This document shows positions 1 through 12,000 of a stretch of 64,000 bases of DNA, piece by piece. Below the pieces are notes generated by a model. That model searched no databases. It saw only the letters and a program-made list of their open reading frames with translations, and was not told the origin of the DNA. This DNA is from Candidatus Aenigmatarchaeota archaeon (lineage in GTDB: Archaea; Aenigmatarchaeota; Aenigmatarchaeia; Aenigmatarchaeales; Aenigmatarchaeaceae). Every line of letters starts with the position of its first letter. The first letter of the stretch is position 1. The stretch is from assembly GCA_043802485.1 (NCBI GenBank), contig JAZDKZ010000004.1, positions 1 through 64,000 on the forward strand. Reading direction: 5' to 3'. A program made the position numbers and the translations under genes.

Positions 1-1
1 G

Positions 2-3000
2 GACGACCAGGCGACATGGACCTACAACGGCTCTTACATTGTCTCAGGCACGCCAGGCACTCCTACGTCAGGGACCTGCTACGTCGAGCTGCACAACTTC
101 AAATGCAGCGACATTGGTGAGGACAACTGGTTCAAGTGGCAGGTAGTCAACGGCAATCCTTTGCATGCGTGGAACTCGACACCGATACAGGGCCCGAACC
201 TGACAGAGTCAGATGTTACCGTCATACTGATAGAGGGCGACGGCTATGGCTACAACCGTTCATCAGGCACTAACCAGGTCAGGAGACTGGCGGTCAATGT
301 CTATGACGACGAGAACTCGTCCTATGTTTCCGGCGCGAACGTGAGCTTCTGGATAACCAACGACTCCTCCTCCTACAGGCTGGAGATGCTCAACCAGACC
401 AACTCGCTGGGCAATGCCAGCTACTGGTTCAACCCGGACTGCACGCATGAGGTAGGCCAGCAGGACTGGGTGGCAGGAACCATCGACTCATGCTATGAGG
501 ACCAGAACGCGACTGCGACCAATTATTCGTTGACTGTTACGGGTGATTTGATACCTGCTTTCAATTCTCCAAACGGAGCCAAGTACCTGAGAGGTGAATA
601 TACCGACGGCCAGAATATTCCAATGGTTGGTAATATAAATGACGAGTGCCAGGTCGACATAACAAATGCGTTTGTTAACTTCAGTTCAACCAGAAATGTC
701 ACGACAAACTACTGCAATCCGATAACAAATATTGGCAACGGGACATACAACTGCAGTTTGAACACAAGTGGTTTCGAGCCGCAGGGTTGGAATGTCAGGT
801 TCAATGTAAGCACTGACAGCTACAACTCTAACGACACAAATGAAACTTTCTCACTAAACCTTAGAGGTTTCTGGGTCGAGACAAAACCCGTGTTAGACAC
901 TGACTTTGTATACTATTCTTATAACTCAACTTCACAGCAAGACGACGGTGGCTGGGGAGAAAGATGGGTGTTCAGGGTAAATGCTACTGATGAAGACAAT
1001 GACACAATGGTTGTAAAGTTGTGGGTGAACATGTCAACTGGAGCTTGGGGACAACCCAACACGACTGCTATGACCAACAGCTCCGTACAGGGAGAAAACG
1101 TAACTGTAACGTTCACTGTATATGGTTGGCCATCATACTCTAACCCAGGTTTAGGGCATCATGCTTTCAAGTTCAATGTAAGTGAGTCAAGTGTTGACTT
1201 TGCACAAAACATAAACGAGACGTCTAACGGAACTTTGACAGTAGAGAAAGATGATGTCAGTTTCATACACATAGAAGGCGCTAACACTAGCGTCAACAGG
1301 TCAGGCTCTAACAAGCAGCATCTGAGCCTCAGGGTTTATGATACAGACAAAGGTAACTATCCGACATCATTGTTCTCAGCACAGTTATGGGCGACCAACG
1401 ACATGTCAGACAACTTTGTGACCGTAGGCACAACATTCGTAGGCGGCTACATAAACACAACATCAGCTCAGTTTGACCCAGGATGTACCTTTGCAATAGG
1501 ACCACAAATGTGGAAAGGGGGCACAATAACACCTTCACAAGCCTACAAGCTAACTAACAGCAGCAACTATAGCATAAACATTACAACAGACCCACTGCTG
1601 GTAAACTACTTTGAGCCGCAGGGTGGAAAGCTTTACCTGAAAGGCTTACAAAATGTGACAGTAAGGACCAACGTTACTGATGATTGTGGTGCTGTACCAG
1701 GAGCGACTTTGACATTTATATCACAACAACTTTCTGCCAGCCCGCAGAACAAAGAATGTGTTGCTGACCAAACACCAAACGGAGAAGTGGTATACGAGGG
1801 TAGCGGTAATTACAGCTGTATATTCAGGAACGACACTCATGACAGCGACACATGGAACTATGGTTACGTGAATGTGACTGTGCAGGCAGATAAGCAGTAC
1901 TATAACTCTTCTGCTATGAATCTAGACACAGGTTCTTACTATCTGAGCTCCGAGCCTATGATTACAATAGGCGCTCCTTACGGCGCTAGCTCCAACGCAT
2001 GGGGCGATGGCTGGACCTTCCCTGTATCTAACATAGTAGACCCTGACATGGCAGGAGAGATAGGAAGTACGATAAACGTTTCACTATGGCTGAACTTGAC
2101 AGGGGACTGGGAATCGTATGGATCAAAGATATGTGTGCCTTCCACTGGAAACTGCAGCGGCGGCCTGCTGTACTTTGACGGCATAAACTTTATGTGCAAC
2201 AGGACATACAGCGACGTTGGGACAAATTATTACAAGTTTAACATAACCGACAACTTTGATTATAACGACAGCGACTCGTCCAGCTTTGCTATAACAACTG
2301 ATCCAACGTTTGCTCTCGCAGCATCTATCGAAGGCGATGGAGATAACGTAGCTAGGGAAGGTACAAATAGCATCTATCTGGCGGCAAAGTTTTCTGACGA
2401 GCTGCAGACAGAAATAAACATAGAGGGTGTGAACGCTACCATATGGATTACCGAGAACGGCACGCACTTTATGAATTATACTGACATACAGTCGCAGGCT
2501 GACGGCTACTTTAATTACAGTTTCGAGCCTGACTGCCAGTTCACCTCAGAAAAGCAGTGGTGGTACATTGCTCTGAATGACAGCTGCTATGATGTGAGTT
2601 ACACTGCAGATCCGGACAACCAGTCTGCTAATGTTATAGGCCAGCTGAAGAACTTTGTGTTAGACCCGTTAGAAAGTTCACAATTCCAGATAGGAGAAAT
2701 GCTGAACGTAACATCAAACATAACATCCGACTGCTCAGAAAACATAAGCAGCGCCGTTGTAACTCATGAAGCAAGGCCTTATGGCGCATCAAACTGGGTA
2801 TGGGCCAACAGGACTGACGGCGTAGACAACTCAGAATTCGGCAATTACAACAGCACTTGGAATACAAGCTTCCTGGCAGGAGGAAACTGGAGCTTCAGGA
2901 TAAACGCAAGCAAAGCAGATTACTATTCTAACTCGACTGTCTTCACCAACTGGACTTATCTTAACAACACCCCATCAATAGCAGAGAACGCATCAGTGAC

Positions 3001-6000
3001 GCCTAATGTAGGCGGTTGGGGAGACAACTATACTTTCACAATTGACATAGAAGATGCACAGTATGACAATGTCACATGTAAACTATTCACTTACACCAAC
3101 GGCGCTTGGACTTACAGAGGCTCTGACATTGTTTACTGGGGTAGTGGAACCTGCGAGGTAAATGTCACCAACTTTACTTGCAGCGACATAAATTCCACAG
3201 CAAACTGGTTCACATGGGAGATAGACGACACAACACCTGAGAACATTGCCAACATAACAAACGTCTCTGCTCCTTATCTAACAAGGGATAATGTCACGAT
3301 AAACTATACGCACGGGGATGGTGAGACCGTCAATAGGTCAGGCAGCCAGACGCAACTCTTGACTGTGAGGATATACGACAATACGACAGAAAAGTATGTC
3401 GGCTCAGGAGTACCGAACGCGACAGGAAGAATTTTCGTAACAAAAGACGGCCTAGGTTTTGACTTGGGAACGGCTAACACGACAAACTCCTCTGGCTATT
3501 TGAACGTATACTTTGACCCTGCTAGCGAATATGATGTGGGCCTTCAGAATTGGACTGGCGGAACGTATGGCGACAGCTGCTACTATAACATGAACATGAC
3601 GCAGAATTACAGCTTGATAGTAAAGGGAGACCTGCAGAACTCCATAATAGATGTTTTGGAGAACGCTGTTCAAGTCGGTGTCAACGGAACTGTTACCAGA
3701 TATAACAATGTTACCATTATAATGAATTTATATGACGATCAGCCTTTCGCAGTGGTAAATGCAACATTAAATGTTACATTCAAAAGCCTGCTCTATGGAA
3801 ACAACTTCATCTGTCCAGAAGTAATCGAGTACGGAAGCGGACAGTACAGATGCACACTGAACAGTTCAGATATAAACGCTGGATGGTATAATGTCAGCAT
3901 AGGTTCTAACAAGACGTACTACAACGATGCCAACAGCAATGACTGGCACGTCCTATACATAGAGAGCATACCAGAGCTCATGGCGCCTTCAATACTGTCC
4001 CATAATGGAAGCACCATAGGCGGATGGGGAGAGACCTGGACAGCAAAAGTCAACGTCACGGAAGAAGACCAGAACAATGCAACATTATACGTGTTCGTAA
4101 AGAAGTTCACTGATCCCGACATACCAGCAAGCTGGTTACAGCAGAACCAGACCAACTATGTAGACAATCCTGACATGAGAGGCCCCGTGAACAAGACAAT
4201 AACGCTCAAATTCAGCGATCCGGGCAGCTTCCAGAACGAAAGAGTAGTATGGCAATACAAGTTCAGGGTCAATGACACCAACAACCACGGTTCAGAGACT
4301 GCTCCTCTCAACTTTACCGTGGACAAAGACGATATTTCAATAGAATACATCTCAGGAAATGGTGAAGAGGTTTGGAGAAATGGTTCGGCAACAGTATCTT
4401 TGATAATAAATGTAACGGATATTGACAGAGGAGTAACGGCATCAGGAGCTAATGTCACAATCTATGTAACTACCAACAGCAGCAATTCCAGCAGCTTTGA
4501 TAATGGTGTATGGACCAATGCATATACTAACGGAAGCGTCATATATCCTTTCCCACCAGACTGCGAATATTCCACAGGGGAACAGGACTGGTACGCAAAG
4601 GTGTCTGATCCCTATTACAAGACGAACTCAACAAACAACTACACTGTAAACATCAAAACATTCATTGCCATGAATATCAGTTATCCTGACGGTCATTCAT
4701 TCCTATCAGAAAGCCAAGTTCCATTCTCGGCAAGAGTCTTTGATGAATGTTTCAATATATCAGGGGCCACCGTAACATTCACGGGAAAGAAGGGCGCCAG
4801 CCAGTACAGCTGCGTCCCTGTGACTGACCAGAACAACGGGACATACAACTGCAGTTTCACCACATCAGGTAGGCCGTTCGAATGGTACGACATAATAATG
4901 ACTGCAAACAAGCAGTACTATGGAAGCTATCCTGTTGCCAACACCACTACAAAGTACAATGCGTTCTTCGTAGCAACAAATCCATCTGTTACAGGACTGA
5001 ATGTTAACCCGAGCTCAGACGGTTGGGGAAGCCTATACACGTTCAGCGTACAGCTGACTGACGCTGACCAGAACTGGAACAACGTGAGCCTGTGGAAGAG
5101 CTTTGACAACTCTTCTTGGACGTTGAAAAATTCGTCTAACATAACGCCAACGTATGGTGGTTATCTAGTAGAATTCAAGAACAGGTTCAGCTGTGAGGAC
5201 TACCTCAACGCGACTAACGGAACAAACTACTACAAGATAAACGTCTCAGACATGTACAACTACACAACAGAAAGTGTGGTAAAGAACTTTACGCTAGATG
5301 TGAACAACATTACAATAACAATAGACACAACGAACAGCAATTCCACGGTAAGGAGGATGGGCAGCAACTCAGCCTACCTGAACGTTATAATAGAAGACAC
5401 CGATTACAATGTTGGCTCTTGGAGGTATCCGACCGGGGTCAACACAACGATAATGATTACAAGGAACAGAACATACTATGATTACAACATGTCTTGCGAC
5501 TCTGTGTCAGGAAACTGCAGCGTCAATTATAATCCGAACTGCAGCTCAACTGCAGACATGCAGTACTGGAAAGCAGTATCCAACGACGTTTGCTACCAAG
5601 TCATAGCAAGCCAGAACAGAAGCCTATCAGTCTATGGCCAGCTTAATGTTTCTATTGTCAATCCACAGAACGCAACCATAGTGAACCGTGACAGGACAAC
5701 GACTTTCAACGCGACTGTCATAGACGACTGCATCTCAGATATAAACGATTCGTCAATATCTTGGTACAATTCTTCGCTAAACACGTTGGCCACAGGCTAC
5801 AACACAACATGGTATGTGCCATTGACTTATACTCTGGGCCAGGAAACAGTCTTCTCCAATTCGACTAAAGGATATTACGACCAAGACTCTAAAAACAAAA
5901 CAATCTTCGTATACGGATGGAGCGACCTGACATACATAGGACCGGCAAACGGGACAGAATACCCGTCTGGAGAGAACATAAACATAGAATGCCGCGTTAT

Positions 6001-9000
6001 AGACACAAACGCGTCTCAGCCAATACCCAACTACAATGTGAGGTTCTACAAGAACAACCAGTCACTAGGAAATGAAACAACCAATTCGACAGGCTATGCC
6101 ACAGCCATTTGGTACACCTCCGGAGAGTCAGCAGGCTGGTACAACATTAGTTGCTTCATAGATGACAACAATACATTGTTCTATAACGCATCCGCTTATT
6201 ACAAGCAGACTTGGCTAAAATTGACCAGACCTCTTTACATAACGCAGATACGCATGGATGGCAACATCTGCCAACAGGGAGTTTCCTGCCACTCCATATA
6301 TAGGAACGACACAGCCGGCAGCCCCTACATGACAAATGTGACAGTATATGTAAAAGACGCCAACATAGGCGCTGCAGAGAACGCTAGTGTCAGCTTCTAC
6401 AATTCCACCAGTCTTTTAGGCAACTGCGCAACCAACTCGACTGGATGGTGCTCGCTGGTAGACTATAATCCTCATGACAGTGTGACGCCCAACCAGTACG
6501 TGATATACATTAATGCGTCAAGGGGGGAGAACGAGGACTCTGCCACCAACAGCAGCATAGTGACAGTTAAGGGAATATTCAACGTCACTGTAGCATCTCC
6601 GCCAGATACGACCAACTGTGGAGGCGGCGGTTTGAGCTGTCCCAAATTCAATCCAATCAATCTAACAGCTATAGCCACAACAGAAAATGGAGAAAACATA
6701 ACAACGATAAATCCAACAGCTTCATGGTACAACGAGACCACATTGATAGCATCTGGTTTAAGCACGCTCTTGCCGCAAGGAAAGGTAGCCGAGCAGAACA
6801 CAGGCCCGCATGAATACATGATATTAGTTAGCAAGAGCTACTTTGACAGCTCTCAAGCGAATGTCTCCCTGAACATAACCGGTCTTTCAAATGTTTTCTG
6901 GATATCGCCAACTGTGGAAACGTCCTATCCAGACACCATATACCCGACATGTAGGGTGCTAGACGAGAACCTTGGAAGCGGCATAGCAGATTACGAAGTG
7001 AACTTCTCGTACAAGTGGGAGCCGTCCACGACCTTCATATACAACGGAACGCATGTCTCGAACTCGACTGGTTATGCAAGCTATGCTTTTGTGCCAGAGC
7101 AGAAAGGAAACATAACATTCAACTGCACAATAGGAGACAACCTGACTCAGTACTATTCCGCCAACTCGCCGTTTGATGTTGATGTGGGAACCTTCTGGGT
7201 CAAGGATGTAGACGCCCCGCAGATATACAGCATGACGATACTGCCTAACGACAGCATAGAAGCCAACCTAAACCAGACCAACATAACAGCAACAGTGTCA
7301 GACAATTACAATATCGTTTCTGTAAAGGCTATGATATCCATGCCTAACGGAACAAACATAAACCAAACCATGAATAACATAACCATTCCGAACGCATCAT
7401 TTGGAAACTACACAGCAGTATACAGCGTGTCATACATGCCTCCGATAGGAGGGAACTACAGCGTAACAATATACGCCAAGGACGATGTACCTGAGAGCAA
7501 CGTCAATACCACATACGCAGGAAACTTTAGTGTGTGGGGCTTCATAAACGGTTCTGTCAGCCAGTGCGTTAACAACACCAACGACGACAACCTGACAGAC
7601 TGCGACTACCAGATAACAGCTCCTTACATATCCCAGACGAACAACTTCACATTCGAGGTAAGGTCCAACTTCACCAACCTAGGACCCTCGGGTTCTTACG
7701 GTGTTAATCTGAGCCACGTTGAGAGCCCGTCAGGATCTTTGATATACAGCAGCCAAAACAAAACTTGCGGAATCATGCTAGTCAACGAAACTTGTGAATG
7801 GAACTTTAACGTGACGGTTCCTGCAGGAACGCCGCCTGGCCTGATTACAACATATGTTAATGCGACATGGAAGAACCCTGACAACACGATAGCATCAATA
7901 CAAAATTACACCGAAATAAACGTGGACTCGAACCCTATACTTGACATAATAGAAACAGAGCTTGTCAAAAACACACCACATGACAAGAACACCTATGTGG
8001 GCAACGTCACAGTAGCCTCCTTCGGTAACGACGAGGTCCAGAACATCATCCTGTCTTGGTACGGCCTGAGCGGCGTGCAGAACCATTACAACCTAGCGCT
8101 ATACTGCCCGTTATGCTCCGTGTCAATAGTGCCCAGCGAGGAGACCTTGTTGTCTGCTGGCTTCAACTTCACCTCTGACATAAACATAACTGTTCCTGCT
8201 GGCCAAGCCCCAGGTAACTACATAGCAAACCTCATAGCTTCGTCCAGCAATGCGGGGAACGACACAGCACTCCTGAACATAACGATACCCGAAAACAAGA
8301 CCTGGACTAGGACACCTTCAAGCTTCGGGACGGTTATTGCCCCCAAGAACACCAGTGCTGTCATAGGTAACATAACAGTTAGAAACATAGGAAACATAAA
8401 AATACCGTTCGAGGTTACAAAATCTGGAGACAATGGCTATGTCAGAATAGAGGGGGTTAGCTGGTATAGTTTCGATCTGGAGAAGCAAGTACAGAGAAAC
8501 CTAAGCATATCGTATTACGTGCCTGACTTTGTTCCGGATGGACTATATAATGTCACTCTGCTCATCAGGAACGTGACAGCATACCCTGCAAGCCAGAATG
8601 TAACGTTCACACTGAATGTAACAGACATACCGCCTATGATAGCAGACGTCCTGATAGATCCGGTTGCGTTCGAGCAGGGCTATGAGAACGTGACAATAGA
8701 AGCCAACATAACTGACAACTACGCGGTTAGCCAGGCATGGGTGAACATAACACCGCCAAACGGCACCAGCTTCACCATTCTGATGAACAACCCATACAAT
8801 GACAGCTACAACACGACTTATGTTTATCCCATAGCAGGCGTTCACCAGGTGATGATATGCGCCAACGACACGCAGACGCTAATGGCGTGCACTTCGCCGA
8901 TAAACATCACAAGCTCTGACACGACGCAGATAACCATAGTTCCAAACGTCACGATAATAAACGCCACAAACATAACACAGAACTGGGGCCAGAGCTTTGC

Positions 9001-12000
9001 TATCAACTTCTCCACAATCAATGTCGGCGGTTCAAGGGCCTTCAACATAAGCTCTAACATAACATATCCGAACAATACGAGCGCAGTGCCGTATCATTTC
9101 GTATTCGGGACGTTGTTCAGAGGCGAGGCAAGTTACAATGAGACCATAATAAGCGTTTTCAATGCGACAGAACCAGGCCTTTACTACGTCAACCTCACTA
9201 CGAACTGGACCAACCTGAACAACACGAACAATTCAAGCGTGTACATGTTACCTATAAATGTCACGTACAACCCGTACATAGACGTGCTCGAAGACGAGGT
9301 GTCGGAAGTGGTGCGGGCAGGAACTCCGAAAACAATCAACATCACGCTGCTCTCAATCGGTAATGACAACGCCACCAATATCACTCTAAGCTGCAGCTCG
9401 GGTGTTGTGTGCCAGAACTTTACTCTTGATTTCAGTCCGCAGAACATATCTTCGATGCCAATCGGAAACAGCACTCCAGTCAACCTGACCTTCACAGTTC
9501 CGCCAAATTATCCGAACGGAAACTATAACGGAACCATAAACATCAGCTGGTCAAGCAACTACTCTGAACCGGCGTTCTACAGGGAGCTCCCAGTATCTAT
9601 ACTTATCCCAGCCAACGTGTCCTGGATACATGACCCGATGCAGATAGTAAAGAGGGTTAAAGACGGGACCCAAGGCTTGTTCGGCCAAATAGAAGTGATA
9701 AACACAGGAAACGCCAACATGACCCTTAACGTCACAATAAACGGCACGATAGCCTCTTACATAACACTGGACAATTACAACATAACCTCAGATTACGGGA
9801 ACTCTACTTTCATCTACATCAACTACTCGTCACCCAACATAACATACGACGCCAACTACACGGGTTTCATAACCACAAACATAACAGGCACCATGAGGGA
9901 GAACGCAAGCATAAAGGAGGTCTCGACGGCAGTGACCATGTTCGTGACTCCTTACAGCGTCATATTGCTGTACCCGACACAGGCCAACCCAGTACTCGGA
10001 GTTAATCCGTATGACATTATACAAGCCCAGGTAAACATAACGCAGAACAGTACAATCATAAACTCGAATGCTACGTTCGAAGTGAAAATATTCAATGACA
10101 CCATGTCGACGACAGCCAACATAAGCTCATACAACTTCAGCGCCCCGCAGAACGTCTGGCTAATCAACTTCATAGCGCCCAACATAAGCTTGGAGAAAGT
10201 GTATAACCTGAACATAACAGCACATCACAACGACACCTATTACAACGTGAGGAGCGACATCGAATACGAGGCTGTTGTATATGAAGACATGGTAGCTCCT
10301 GTAATAGACGTTGACATTCCTGTAAGGGTTCCTGTCAACTCCACCGTGGCAATAGGCGCGAATATAACAGAACCTGGCGGCCTGAAGAACATGACAGCAA
10401 CGATGAAGCTGCCGAACAACGCCATGCAGAACATCAGCATGCTCTTGACAAGCCAAGCAACAGACTTGTACACTTACAGCGTCAACTTCAGCAACACCTC
10501 GCAGCTGGGCAACTACACTTTCAACATGACAGCATGCGACCTGTCAGGAAACTGCAACTCTACATCAAACGATTTTGAAATCTACCCGATAGTAATATTC
10601 AGCGGCTATACCAAAGATATTGAAAACATACTGGAGCCTGTAATAGTTGTCAATTTCACATTCTACGACTATAACACGACTGACGTCAGGTCGGCTTTCA
10701 GCTCCAACTCGTCGTCTGGATATTACAACGAGACCATAGACGCCAAGGTGTATGATATAGTGATAGGGACCAGCGGACCGGCCTTTACCAACTACATCAA
10801 ACTTTACAATTCCAACATATCTGTGAACTACAACAATTCAGTATCGTTCGGAAAAGTTCCGACAGTAAGAACATCGAATACAGTATTGAAAGGATTCTAC
10901 GTTAACAATACCCTGCCATCCGCAAACGCGACTCTAGTGATGGACTTTTCAGAGTGCCTGAACAGCGCATGCGGCTTCCCGATAATAGACCCCAACCATC
11001 TGGGAATATACCGCTACGCAGGGAACTGGACGACTAAAGTCAGCTCAACCGACAACTCATTGTTCAGCAGAATAAGCAATGTAGACCATGTTAACAGCGA
11101 CAAATCTGTCAACCTTACAACGCTAAAAGCCAGTGTAAACGTTTCAAACATCACCGGGGTATATGTGCTGGCAGAGTTCATATGCGGCGATGGGGAATGT
11201 GAATCCGGCTACGGCGAAACGACGAGCAACTGCCCCGCAGATTGTCTATATGTTCCTCCAACCCCAGTGCCACCTGTCTCGCCCAGTGGCGGTGGTGGAG
11301 GTGGAGGAGGCGGTGCAGGAGCAGGCGTTACTACGATTATTAAGGGCGTTGGAGTGGACATCGTACCATTGGAGATAAAGTCAACGCTGATAGAAACTAC
11401 CTTAACTCCTGGTGAGGAGAAGGTCTTCTCCACAGATATAACCAATAACATGGACGATGATGTGACAGTCTCGATAGTAGTAGAAGGTCCTGTATTCAAC
11501 CTGCTGACAGTGCAGAAGCCTTCGTTCAGACTCAGGGGCAAGACCACCGAAGCTGTTGCAATAAAGGCATTCGCGCCTTTGACAGCTGTACCAGGAGTCT
11601 ATACAGGCGACATAGTTGTCACAGCGGGCGACGTCGTCCACAGGACTCCTGTAACAATAACAGTAAGAACCGTACTTGAGCCGCTGATGGACGTACAAGT
11701 GAAAGTTCTTAACAAGATAGTCAACCCAGGAACGAATCTGAGCTTTGAAACAACTTTATTGAACATGGGAGAGACAGCAGAAATAGAGGACATAACCGTT
11801 ACTTACAATATAAGGCCGCTGAACAACCAGTCAATCATAATAACCACCAGTACGGAGACACTGGCAGTAGAAAACGTGCTGACCTTTAGGAGAACTATAG
11901 AAATACCAGAAGACACGCCAGAAGACAAGTATATCTTAGATACCAATGTGAGCTACTGGTATGGAAACAAGTATGCATCGTCTGCAGACGACTTTGAGGT

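Noticed and set aside
161..163. TTG start of the 4,354-aa ORF
   Set aside because: The frame is open from nt 2 and the upstream peptide matches the internal repeat, so the gene starts before the window.
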